From positions 1 to 34,423 of the forward strand of contig CAZSGL010000002.1 in assembly GCA_964606265.1 (NCBI GenBank): 34,423 nucleotides of DNA. The letters run 5' to 3'. Below are positions 16,116-25,237 of the stretch, piece after piece (the stretch's first letter is position 1; every line of letters starts with the position of its first letter). The position numbers were made by a program, and so were the translations under genes. This stretch comes from an uncultured Anaerolinea sp. GTDB lineage: Bacteria > Chloroflexota > Anaerolineae > Anaerolineales > Anaerolineaceae. The notes beneath the pieces were generated by a model. It saw only the letters and a program-made list of their open reading frames with translations. It did not search any database and was not told the origin of the DNA.

Positions 16116-16958
16116 TTACTCATTATCTTGCGTGAGGGGAGTGTAATCAACAGGTTTAAAATTCGTAATAATTAACACTGCCCGAAGTTTAGAGAAATCG
16201 ACAACAGGTTGCACAGACGCGCTTTGAAACAAGGAATCGCGTCCAAGTCCCGGAGTTAATACCTGACCAACCAATATATCAGCAGGATAAGATCCACCAA
16301 GTCCTGAGGTAAGTACAAGATCACCCTGTTCCAGTTTGACATCAAGATTTACCATTTCAAGAGTTAGATCACCAGAGACTGATCCGGAAATTTGTGCTTC
16401 TGAGTCGGCGTTTTCAAGCCTGATGTTAACAACTGAATCAGGGTCTGTAATCAATTGCACTCTTGCCGCGGTAGCAGTAACAGCATCGATATGACCTACC
16501 AAACCTTGCTGTGTTACCACTGGCATCCCTTTCAGGACTCCATCATCAGAACCATGGTCAATAATAATATAGTTGAGAAACGGGCTCGGGTCCCTGCCAA
16601 TAACCGACCCAGCGATGTATTTATTTTCAGGCCTTGTCCTGGCAAAATCCAACAATGCATAGAGAATGTCTGTTTCAGATACTTGTTGTTTTAATATTAA
16701 TATTTCTGATTGAAGTTCAGATATCTCGTTTCGTAAATCTGCATTTTCTTGCTGCAAGCTTGTAACGTCACGGGGAAGCGTGAGAAACTCTTCAAATGCC
16801 TGGACACGTATTGCCAGCCAGGATTGGGTATCAACTAGCGGAGAAATTGTCTTCCCGATGATCTTGCCTAATAATCCGCTAAGCGCTAAAAATAAAATCC
16901 CGATTACCACTAAGCCCAAGACAATTGGCTGCCAGTTTTTAATCCTGACTTTTTTCAT
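16116..16958 (-). CDS. mreC: Rod shape-determining protein MreC
   Basis: 280 aa. It has an N-terminal TM helix, a coiled coil (LQQENADLRNEISELQSEILILKQQ) and a beta-barrel region (GMPVVTQQGLVGHIDAVTATAARVQLITDPDS). Confidence 0.92.
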   Translation of the reverse strand: MKKVRIKNWQPIVLGLVVIGILFLALSGLLGKIIGKTISPLVDTQSWLAIRVQAFEEFLTLPRDVTSLQQENADLRNEISELQSEILILKQQVSETDILYALLDFARTRPENKYIAGSVIGRDPSPFLNYIIIDHGSDDGVLKGMPVVTQQGLVGHIDAVTATAARVQLITDPDSVVNIRLENADSEAQISGSVSGDLTLEMVNLDVKLEQGDLVLTSGLGGSYPADILVGQVLTPGLGRDSLFQSASVQPVVDFSKLRAVLIITNFKPVDYTPLTQDNE

Positions 16959-16974
16959 TCATCCTAATTTCAAT

Positions 16975-18036
16975 TTATCCACTCACGCGCCGATCCAGGC
17001 TGACCAGAAATTTTTCATGCTCAGCAAGGTTTTCGAGGACCAATCCAGCTCCTCTAGCAACGCAAGTCATAGGATCTTCTGCAATCCAAACACGCAGGTT
17101 TAATTCATCTTTAAGCCTTGGCACCAATCCCAATATTTGTGCCCCTCCACCAGCGAGACAAATGCCGGAATCCAGTAAATCCGAAATTAATTCAGGCGGA
17201 ACTTCATCTAGTGCGTCTTTGATCGTGTCAATGATTACCTGGATCGAAGTTGAGAGTGCTTCTCTGATTTCTACCGAGGAAACTTCCATCGAACTTGGTA
17301 GACCTGTAATCAGGTTTCTTCCTCGCACCGTGTAGGTCAACTCGGTTTGCAAAGGATACGCAGAACCGATATTTATCTTTACTTGTTCAGCAAGTCTTTC
17401 ACCAATAAGCAAGTTGTATTTCTTTCGAATGTACTGAAGAATATCCTCATCCAATTCGTCGCCGGCTACGCGCAATGACCGTGATATTACAACTCCTCCC
17501 ATCGATATAACAGCAACCTCCGTCGTGCCTCCGCCAATATCGACGATCATTGTTCCTTTAACTTCGTTTACCGGTAGACCCGCTCCAAGCGCTGCTGCTC
17601 TGGGTTCTTCAATTAGATACGTTTCTCTGGCACCAGCAGCCATAGAGGCGTCATAGACAGCGCGCTTCTCAACTTCTGTAGCTCCCGATGGAATACCAAT
17701 AGCCACTCTCGGGCGAGGCATTGGGACAATTGTTTGTTGGTGAACTTTACCAATAAAATATTCAAGCATGGATTTTGTTATTTCAAATTCAGAGATTACA
17801 CCGTCACGTAGTGGACGGATAGCCACGTAATTAGCTGGAGTCCGCCCCACCATCTCTTTGGCGGAGGCTCCAACTGCAATAGTCTCTCTTGTTCTCTTGT
17901 TAACGACTACCCAGGATGGCTCATTTATTACGATGCCTTTACCTTTGACGTTAACTAGAGTATTTGCGGTCCCAAGGTCAATTCCAATATCTAATGAAAA
18001 AAAACCCATCAACCAACTTAATAGATTGGCTGCCAA
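16975..18036 (-). CDS. mreB: Actin-like rod shape-determining protein MreB
   Basis: 353 aa. Actin-fold phosphate motifs are present: DIGIDLGTANT and VDIGGGTTEVAV. The start is TTG at 18036, preceded by AGGAG with a 6-nt spacer on the minus strand. An internal ATG at 18009 is a possible but less supported alternative. Confidence 0.96.
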   Translation of the reverse strand: MAANLLSWLMGFFSLDIGIDLGTANTLVNVKGKGIVINEPSWVVVNKRTRETIAVGASAKEMVGRTPANYVAIRPLRDGVISEFEITKSMLEYFIGKVHQQTIVPMPRPRVAIGIPSGATEVEKRAVYDASMAAGARETYLIEEPRAAALGAGLPVNEVKGTMIVDIGGGTTEVAVISMGGVVISRSLRVAGDELDEDILQYIRKKYNLLIGERLAEQVKINIGSAYPLQTELTYTVRGRNLITGLPSSMEVSSVEIREALSTSIQVIIDTIKDALDEVPPELISDLLDSGICLAGGGAQILGLVPRLKDELNLRVWIAEDPMTCVARGAGLVLENLAEHEKFLVSLDRRVSG

Positions 18037-18160
18037 CAGTTGCTCCTATGATTGAATTCAGAAACCAAAAAAAATTATACCATAAGGGTTTTGTCAATAT
18101 TTTTATGGAACCCCTTCGTATGTTTTGATTCCTTTTTTAGCCGACTAAATCAAAACAGGA

Positions 18161-18189
18161 TTGACAAAACACTTTTAAGTCTATAAAAT
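18161..18189 (+). promoter_or_regulatory. Sigma-70-type promoter for tRNA-Gly
   Basis: TTGACA (18161-18166), a 17-nt spacer, then TAAAAT (18184-18189). The -10 ends 14 nt upstream of the tRNA 5' end. Confidence 0.55.
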
Positions 18190-18203
18190 ACCACTACCGT
18201 TCA

Positions 18204-18276
18204 GCGGGTGTCGCCAAGTGGTAAGGCAGTACCTTCCCAAGGTACCATTCCGTGGGTTCGAATCCCATCACCCGCT
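18204..18276 (+). tRNA. tRNA-Gly (anticodon CCC)
   Basis: The acceptor is GCGGGTG/CACCCGC, the anticodon stem GTACC/GGTAC with loop U-U-CCC-A-A, and the T arm GTGGG-TTCGAAT-CCCAT. The discriminator is U. CCA is not encoded. Confidence 0.9.
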
Positions 18277-18380
18277 CTTTCTTTCCCATTAGTTCGCATA
18301 ATACTTGCAATTAGTCATTGAGTACCAAGCAGTATTGCTTGGGACTTTGCATAACGGTAAGTAGTTTCCTGATGAATTAA

Positions 18381-18389
18381 TGCTAAAAT
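18381..18389 (+). promoter_or_regulatory. Possible extended -10 promoter (TGcTAAAAT) for the signalling operon
   Basis: TGCTAAAAT at 18381-18389 is followed by SD GAGG (18401-18404) and ATG 18410. No good -35 element is present. Confidence 0.35.
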
Positions 18390-18409
18390 TTTTGTACCTC
18401 GAGGTATTT

Positions 18410-18802
18410 ATGAATAATAGAAAAGTCATTCTTCATGTCGAAGATAATATTGATAACCGTGTATTAGTCAAAAGGCTACTGGAGTCTTCTTCATTCCATG
18501 TTGTTGAAGCCGTTAATGCCTTTGAGGCAATCACCTGCCTACGCAGATACCGGCCTGATCTTATCCTCATGGATATCAATATTCCTGATGTTGACGGATA
18601 TACCTTAACTTCAAAGTTAAAAACTGTTCCTGGAGTTCGTAATATTCCAATTATAGCCATTACAGCGAATGCCATGCGGGGAGATCGAGAAAAGACCCTT
18701 CGCGCAGGCTGTGATGGTTATGTCGAAAAACCAATTGACATCGACAATTTTCTGTCGCAAATCCACCAATTTCTCGGAAATCACAATAACCAGGGATTCT
18801 GA
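18410..18802 (+). CDS. Single-domain CheY-like response regulator receiver
   Basis: The preferred start is ATG 18410 (SD GAGG 5 nt upstream), not the track's 18380. Receiver motifs are VEDN, the phospho-acceptor context LILMDINIPDVDG, AITAN and GYVEKPI. No output domain is present. Confidence 0.9.
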   Translation: MNNRKVILHVEDNIDNRVLVKRLLESSSFHVVEAVNAFEAITCLRRYRPDLILMDINIPDVDGYTLTSKLKTVPGVRNIPIIAITANAMRGDREKTLRAGCDGYVEKPIDIDNFLSQIHQFLGNHNNQGF

Positions 18803-19248
18803 TGACAAACGAAAACCTCCCTGTCGCGCCTTACGAAGAAATATACGCAAATTTACAAAATAAAACTGTTCTCGTAGTTGAAGATAACATTGGAAATTTC
18901 ATGTTGATTGCCAGAATGTTAACTAATTACGGGGTCCATTGCGAATGGAAAACTTCAGGTTTTGAAGTCGTGGAATTTGCCGCTACGCTCTCAAGCCTAG
19001 ATCTTGTATTAATGGATATACGCTTGCCCTATGAAGATGGTTATGGCGCTATGCGAAAGATCAGGAAATCAGGTGAGTTCGAAAACATTCCAATTGTTGC
19101 GGTAACTGCCAATACTGGATTGGAGCAAATGCGTAGTGCTCAGATGGCAGGTTTTGATGGTTTTATTGGTAAACCATTAAATCCCGATCGTTTTCCGGAC
19201 CAGATTAACAGGATCCTCACAGGAAAACCTGTTTGGGAATGCAACTAA
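18802..19248 (+). CDS. Single-domain CheY-like response regulator receiver (second copy)
   Basis: 148 aa. Receiver motifs are VVEDN, LVLMDIRLPYEDG, AVTAN and GFIGKPL. The start overlaps the previous stop (TGATG). Confidence 0.9.
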   Translation: MTNENLPVAPYEEIYANLQNKTVLVVEDNIGNFMLIARMLTNYGVHCEWKTSGFEVVEFAATLSSLDLVLMDIRLPYEDGYGAMRKIRKSGEFENIPIVAVTANTGLEQMRSAQMAGFDGFIGKPLNPDRFPDQINRILTGKPVWECN

Positions 19249-19257
19249 GGAGTTTTT

Positions 19258-22200
19258 ATGTCTGAACAATTTGCCAGTACACCCATCCAGGAGAAGCAAC
19301 CGGTCTTTCGCAAAAACCTTGTTCAACGGGTTTTGATTGGTCTACTTTTAATTGCTCTTATACCAATTCTAATTATAAGTACAGTGACATTTATTCGTAC
19401 TCGTAATACAGTCCAATCTCAAGCCCTGGGTCAGTTAGCGTCTTTAGCTGATTCCTATTCTTTTCAAATTGAGCAATTTGTTGCAACCCGGCGCCAGGCG
19501 CTTGATCAGATCAACCAATCTGCCGGTTTTGACTCTAATGTTGCGGTACTATTCCAGGGAAGAACCGCCTCAACCTACTTCTTTGCACTTTCTTCGCTCA
19601 CAAACTACATTAATCAATATATTGAAACACCAACAGAAAAAATATTCGACCAAGTCTCCATTGTAGATATCGATGGCACTGTTCTAGTTTCATCAAACCC
19701 AGACCTCACAGGAACCATTCTTTCAGATAGTTACATCATCAGGTCAATGTATCAGCTTAATAAATCAGTATTAGCTTATGACCCGGGTGGTTTATTCCCT
19801 GGACAGGTGGTTCTAATTACTAGCAAGATATACATAAATCCAGAAGGTGCACCTGGACTTACTTTGGTAGGTTTTTCTGCATCGCCAGTCCCTCTTTCCC
19901 AATTAAATACCTCCCAATCATTCTTTGAATCCAGTGCGGGTTTTATCCTTGCCACCGATAATAACTTGATCACAACTGACCAAAAAACAATTTCTCCAAT
20001 TATCGTTCCACAAACCAGTGATGAGTTAGGCGCAATCCAGTCTCGCTTAACCTCTGGTGGATTGGGAACCCAATATCAGTATATCGACAAAAGCGGAGCT
20101 CAGGTTTTTGGTTACTATAAGAATTTACCCGCAGTATCTTCTAATTTAATAATTGAAGTTCCCCAATCCGTTGTTCTTGGTCAGCTTCAAGATCTCCTTC
20201 CATTTACCCTCATCCTATTAACTGCACTGATGTTGATCTCTGCAATAATTGTGTACATTTCGTCAAGGAGAATTGTAAAACCATTAGTTGACCTGGCAAA
20301 CGATGCCCAAACATTTTCGGCTGGAGACTGGTCTTATCGAGCTAAAGTTGAAAGAGACGATGAAATTGGATTGTTAGCTTACTCCTTCAATAATATGGTT
20401 GATCAGTTGACCGGTTATTATTATTCTCTTGAAGAAAAAGTTGAGTCACGAACCCAGCAGCTCCGACTTGCTGCAGAAATTGCTCAAGAAGCCAGTAAGG
20501 GACTCACCCAGGGGGATATACTCCATCAGGTTTCAGTTGCCATTTCTGAAAAACTGGAAATCCCATACCATGCGGTTTATTTGATTGACAATGTTTCGAG
20601 AACTGCTTCTCTACTAGAACAGAACTCAACCCTCTCCGATACCTTACCAGAGAAAAATTCGATAATCCCAATTAATAATGAATCCATGGTTGGTTGGTCA
20701 GCTGTCAATAAGCAACCGCGAACATCAGGAAACATCCGGGCAGAGAATGATTTCACCAATACTCAGGGAATTTTAGATTCTACATCAAGTCAAATTACTC
20801 TACCTGTTATTGTTGACGAAGAGGTTGTAGCGGTATTGGATTTCCAGAGTGACAGACCTAATGTGTTTGACAATGAATCGCTGACTGTTTTTTCCACCTT
20901 GTCTGACCAATTGGCCACCGGTCTTCGCAATATCCAGGTGGTTGAAACTGCTACTGTAGGTCTGCGTGAAACTAACGCCTTGTATAGCACCAGCCGACAA
21001 GTGACTGTCGCCCATTCTATCGAGGAGGTGACGGAACACCTGGCCTTCTTATTCAACCAGACTCAATATGTTAGTTTCTTTTTCAGTGTTCTTGGTGATC
21101 AGATTCACCTCATTAATGTTACTGATCCCAAAGGGACTAGGTTGGACCAATCATTGAAGGGTTTTAATATTCCCTTGGGAAAAGGTCTCACAAGGCTAAC
21201 AAATAATCCTATGCTAATTTTGGATGACCTGAAGACAGAATCTGACTTCAGCAACCTGAGTGTCTATTTTGAACGTAGAGGCTGCACTTCTATTGCGCTT
21301 CTACCCATTAGCATTACAAATGATCTTGGCTACCTCCTGGTAATGGGTTCTCGTGAACATGAACCTTTTTCAATTCTGCAGATTCAACCGTACATCAATT
21401 TAACAGAAGTAGTTGGGGCAACACTGGAACGTGTTACTCTCCTTTCAACATTAAATCAACGCGTAAAAGAGCTTGATACTTTGTCTTCAATCAGTCAATC
21501 TGCAACAACTGCCACTAATATTGAAGACCTTTTTGAAAGGGTCCATCAAGAGCTGATTCAAACTTTGGGCTCCAACCTTGGTTTCTCGGTCATACTAAAT
21601 AACATTGATCAAGCATCTCTTTCCATCGCATACTACAAAGATGACGAAAAACTGATCATTCCTGCCTATCCTTACACTGATGATCTTTTTTCTTTACTGG
21701 TCACAAAAGGCGAACCTATATTGCACAGAGATGCTTCTGTCCTTGGTTTGAGAACCGTTGACTTTGATCAGTTCACACTTTCTGCTAAATCCTGGTTAGG
21801 CATTCCTTTGATCCTGGGTGACCGCGTCCTGGGTGGTTTGGTTCTCTTTGATTCAAAAACATCCAATCGGTTTTCCACCGCAGATAGTGAGCTCATAAGC
21901 ACATTAGCTCCTCAAATTGCAGCCTCAATACAGAACACCGAATTAATCGCTTCCCAGGAAAGAGCCCTCAATGCATTTGAAGAAGAGAGATTCTTGTTGA
22001 ACTCACTTCTTAAGAATATTCCAGACGAAATTATCTTCAAAAACTCAAAAGGTGAATTTATCCGAATGTCTGATTCGGCATCCCTGTCCCTTGGAGCTGA
22101 GAATCCGGATTCTCTGGTTGGGAAACTGGATTCTGTTGACGAAATAACAGAGACTGAAACAGGTTTTGAATTGGAAGTTGATTCTGATCTTTCTGTTATT

Positions 22201-23574
22201 TCTCGTGCGACTCCACTCCTTGGAAAAATCGAACAGGTCGACAGCATTGGTGGAAATAAAGGCTGGGCTCTTACCAGTAAGATTCCATTATTGGATGAAT
22301 CTGGCAGTGTGTCAGCACTACTGAAAATTTCCCGTGATGTAACTGAGCTGGTTAATACTCAAAATATTGCGCGCCGCCGTGCAGATCAGTTATTGACCAC
22401 CAGCGAAATTGCCCGGGAAGCTACTACCGGTAACCTGGACATTGATGAAACTTTAAAACGTCTTGTGGACCTTGTTAAGAATCGTTTTGGTTTTTACCAC
22501 TCCTCGATCTTCCTGCTCGATGTGCTTGGTCAATTTGCTGTTCTCAGGGAATCTACTGGAGAAGCAGGGGCACAATTGAAAGAAAAAGGGCACAAACTCG
22601 CTGTGGGCTCTACATCAATTATCGGACAAACCACAGCAAGAGGCGAACCTGTTGTTGTTGGCGATGTGACAAAAGAATTGAATTATTATCCCAACCCATT
22701 GCTGCCAAATACTCGTTCAGAAATGGGTATCCCTTTGAAAATTGGCGATAAAGTATATGGAGCTCTTGATGTTCAGTCGGAAGAAGTGGATGCATTTACA
22801 TCGGAGGACATTAATATTTTGCGCGTTCTGGCTGACCAGTTAACAGTAACTATTCAAAATGCAAATCTCTATACCAAAACACAACAGACTCTAGAAAGAC
22901 ACAGATTATTGCAGCAATTAACGTCTTCTGCGGGTCAAAATATTACCATTGAAGATGCAACCAGAAATGCAGTTCAAGCGCTTCAACGAATTTTCCCACT
23001 TGAAAAAGTTACATATATGATATCAAGCTCTCCTGTCCATCTCAAAGTGAATTCCTACGCTGGTTATTCACCTGATTCTCTGTTATTCGATGAAATTACT
23101 AAAGGGCAAGGCATAATCGGCAAAGCTGGATCAGAAATTAAAGCACAACTTTCCATAGATATACCATCTTCTGATGAGGGTAACGCCTTATGCAAAGGCA
23201 CAAGATCGGTCCTTGCAGTGCCTGTTGCTTACGGTAACCGGTTAATGGGTGTTTTTGTGACAGAAAGTACAGAACCTGGGAAGTTTGATGAAAACGATCA
23301 GGAAATTGTGGCAACATTATCCAGCAATATGGCATCCTTAATTGCCAATATTGAACTTGTTGAGCAAATCAGGCTGCAGGTAGATCGGCAACGACAACTT
23401 TACGACATCACCAGTAAGATTCGCCGCTCTACCGACGTGGAGACAATCATGAAAACCTCGCTAGCTGAAATTTGTACAGCCCTCAATATTCGTAAAGCTT
23501 CAATTGAGCTGCTTCAGGACCAATCTGAGATTGAACCTGTTAGCGATTTAATGAATTTACAGAAGGGTAAATAA
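19258..23574 (+). CDS. Membrane sensor protein: TM, Cache-like ectodomain, TM, HAMP, multiple GAF, PAS-like, GAF x2, then a C-terminal GAF stub; no recognisable output domain
   Basis: 1438 aa. SD AAGGAG lies upstream of ATG 19258. The TM helices are LIGLLLIALIPILIISTVTFI and FTLILLTALMLISAIIVYI. The HAMP is RRIVKPLVDLA...DEIGLLAYSFNNMVDQL. There are several GAF-like modules, including the conserved subtype at about 22371-22875 (FGFYHSSIFLLD...NPLLPNTRSEMGIPLKIGDKVYGALDVQS). No H-box, GGDEF, EAL or HTH motif is visible by eye. Confidence 0.9.
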   Translation: MSEQFASTPIQEKQPVFRKNLVQRVLIGLLLIALIPILIISTVTFIRTRNTVQSQALGQLASLADSYSFQIEQFVATRRQALDQINQSAGFDSNVAVLFQGRTASTYFFALSSLTNYINQYIETPTEKIFDQVSIVDIDGTVLVSSNPDLTGTILSDSYIIRSMYQLNKSVLAYDPGGLFPGQVVLITSKIYINPEGAPGLTLVGFSASPVPLSQLNTSQSFFESSAGFILATDNNLITTDQKTISPIIVPQTSDELGAIQSRLTSGGLGTQYQYIDKSGAQVFGYYKNLPAVSSNLIIEVPQSVVLGQLQDLLPFTLILLTALMLISAIIVYISSRRIVKPLVDLANDAQTFSAGDWSYRAKVERDDEIGLLAYSFNNMVDQLTGYYYSLEEKVESRTQQLRLAAEIAQEASKGLTQGDILHQVSVAISEKLEIPYHAVYLIDNVSRTASLLEQNSTLSDTLPEKNSIIPINNESMVGWSAVNKQPRTSGNIRAENDFTNTQGILDSTSSQITLPVIVDEEVVAVLDFQSDRPNVFDNESLTVFSTLSDQLATGLRNIQVVETATVGLRETNALYSTSRQVTVAHSIEEVTEHLAFLFNQTQYVSFFFSVLGDQIHLINVTDPKGTRLDQSLKGFNIPLGKGLTRLTNNPMLILDDLKTESDFSNLSVYFERRGCTSIALLPISITNDLGYLLVMGSREHEPFSILQIQPYINLTEVVGATLERVTLLSTLNQRVKELDTLSSISQSATTATNIEDLFERVHQELIQTLGSNLGFSVILNNIDQASLSIAYYKDDEKLIIPAYPYTDDLFSLLVTKGEPILHRDASVLGLRTVDFDQFTLSAKSWLGIPLILGDRVLGGLVLFDSKTSNRFSTADSELISTLAPQIAASIQNTELIASQERALNAFEEERFLLNSLLKNIPDEIIFKNSKGEFIRMSDSASLSLGAENPDSLVGKLDSVDEITETETGFELEVDSDLSVISRATPLLGKIEQVDSIGGNKGWALTSKIPLLDESGSVSALLKISRDVTELVNTQNIARRRADQLLTTSEIAREATTGNLDIDETLKRLVDLVKNRFGFYHSSIFLLDVLGQFAVLRESTGEAGAQLKEKGHKLAVGSTSIIGQTTARGEPVVVGDVTKELNYYPNPLLPNTRSEMGIPLKIGDKVYGALDVQSEEVDAFTSEDINILRVLADQLTVTIQNANLYTKTQQTLERHRLLQQLTSSAGQNITIEDATRNAVQALQRIFPLEKVTYMISSSPVHLKVNSYAGYSPDSLLFDEITKGQGIIGKAGSEIKAQLSIDIPSSDEGNALCKGTRSVLAVPVAYGNRLMGVFVTESTEPGKFDENDQEIVATLSSNMASLIANIELVEQIRLQVDRQRQLYDITSKIRRSTDVETIMKTSLAEICTALNIRKASIELLQDQSEIEPVSDLMNLQKGK

Positions 23575-23575
23575 T

Positions 23576-25237
23576 ATGAACTATTTCCGTTCATTACTCC
23601 CCTCATACTCTCCACCTAATATTGACCCAAAGGATGAATTACGTGTCTGGCAGGAACGGTCACTGCAATACCTGCTGATCGGATTCGCCATAATCAGTGT
23701 AAGTGTCGCATTATTAATGATTCAATCCTCGAGTTTCACCGGAAATTGGACTTTATTCTTTAGTTTTGCTTTTCTTGCTCTAGCTTCTTTGGCACTTTTT
23801 CTCCTCAGGAATGTCTCTTATTGGATCCGGTCAATTTCCGCTCTGGTTGCTTTTTACATTGTAGCTACGGTTGTTTTTATCCGTAGCGGTTGGGGTGGTG
23901 TTGCTCTCCTCATGCTCATTTCTTTTTCCTTTCTCGCAACTATTTTTCTTTACAATAAACCATCAAGGATAGGCTTAGGTTTGAGTATTGGTACGCTCTT
24001 ATTCTGGGCAGTCCTCCGCAGCACTGCACTAGTTCCGGGAATTGTTGAATCATCCAACATACTCACCCTGATCATCGACGTTGTATTGGTCTTATTTATT
24101 GGAGTCGTGGGTAATTTTGCCATTTCAACATTGAAAAAGAAATTCCTTGATGAGCATAATAAGTTAACGAGTTCTGAATTAGCTAGAGAAGAACTGCATA
24201 GACAATTAGAGCTTCAGAAAACAGACCTTGAAAAGAGAGTTTTCCAATTACGTACCGCTTCAGAGATCACCCAAACAGCCTCAACGATTTTCGAAGCCCA
24301 GGCTTTGTTACAGAAAGTGGCAGAACTGGTTCGGGAGCGATTCGACCTCTATTACATCGGGATTTTTCTGCTTGATGAAGCAAAAGAGTATGCCGTTTTG
24401 CGCTATGGCACAGGTGATGCTGGCCGAAGAATGATGGCAGCAAAGCACAAGCTGGCAGTTGGTGGCTATTCAATGATTGGATGGGCTACCCAAACCAGGA
24501 AATCAAGAATTGCACTGGATGTCGGAGAAGAAGCAGTGCATTTTGATAATCCGTTACTTCCAGAAACACGGTCTGAACTAGCATTGCCCATCATCGGTGC
24601 AAATGTTGTTTACGGTGCTATGACGGTCCAATCGACATTGGTTAACGCATTTGATGAAAATGACGTATTAATTCTTCAAAGTGTTGCCGATAGTCTTGCC
24701 GTCGCCCTCGAAAACGCTTCCTCATTCCAAAAATCACAGAAAGCCATGGATGATATCCGTGTTTTGAATCGTGCCTATATTAAACAAGCTTGGTGGGATA
24801 CGCTCGATTTGAACCGCGAAATGAAATTTGACTTTGAAAACCCAGAATCCATTGAAATGCCGGAGAATCCAAACACCATTGAGGTCCCACTGGTTTTACG
24901 TGATGAGGTGATTGGTAAAATCAACCTTGAATTTGATGGTTCTGAAGTTTCAAAGGAGATGCAAGAATTTTTGGATACGATATCCTCCCAAACAACAGTT
25001 GCGCTTGAAAACGCCAGGTTGATTGAGGAAACGCAGCTCGCAGCTTTACAGGAGCAACAATTAAATGCCCTTACAGCCCAGTTTTCGAGAGCAGTTACTA
25101 TTGAAGAAATTCTAAAGACAGCGGTTATGGAATTTGGCAAACTTCCTTCTGTAAGTGAGGCGTCAATCGCACTTATCCCACCTGAAGAGAATGAAAGCCG
25201 CGAACTAAGACCTTTCACCAGTAAGGAGGTGAAATGA
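23576..25237 (+). CDS. Polytopic membrane protein (about 6 TM), coiled coil, GAF, half-GAF module, then a GAF stub; no output domain
   Basis: 553 aa. It starts 1 nt after the previous stop. The GAF is FDLYYIGIFLLDE...NPLLPETRSELALPI. The protein then continues YIKQAWWDTL...VPLVLRDEVIGKINLEF...ALENARLIEE and ends with ...ILKTAVMEFGKLPSVSEASIALI. Confidence 0.88.
   Translation: MNYFRSLLPSYSPPNIDPKDELRVWQERSLQYLLIGFAIISVSVALLMIQSSSFTGNWTLFFSFAFLALASLALFLLRNVSYWIRSISALVAFYIVATVVFIRSGWGGVALLMLISFSFLATIFLYNKPSRIGLGLSIGTLLFWAVLRSTALVPGIVESSNILTLIIDVVLVLFIGVVGNFAISTLKKKFLDEHNKLTSSELAREELHRQLELQKTDLEKRVFQLRTASEITQTASTIFEAQALLQKVAELVRERFDLYYIGIFLLDEAKEYAVLRYGTGDAGRRMMAAKHKLAVGGYSMIGWATQTRKSRIALDVGEEAVHFDNPLLPETRSELALPIIGANVVYGAMTVQSTLVNAFDENDVLILQSVADSLAVALENASSFQKSQKAMDDIRVLNRAYIKQAWWDTLDLNREMKFDFENPESIEMPENPNTIEVPLVLRDEVIGKINLEFDGSEVSKEMQEFLDTISSQTTVALENARLIEETQLAALQEQQLNALTAQFSRAVTIEEILKTAVMEFGKLPSVSEASIALIPPEENESRELRPFTSKEVK

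Noticed and set aside
18325-18342. The hairpin CCAAGCA-GTAT-TGCTTGG downstream of tRNA-Gly considered as a terminator.
   Set aside because: It is a 7-bp stem with no following T-tract (GACTTTGC follows). That is not enough to call an intrinsic terminator. It may be incidental or a processing site.
18380-18409. An upstream ATG (18380) for the first response regulator.
   Set aside because: It has no SD and lies within the putative extended -10 element. ATG 18410 has GAGG 5 nt upstream and starts at the usual distance before the receiver beta1 strand (KVILHVEDN).
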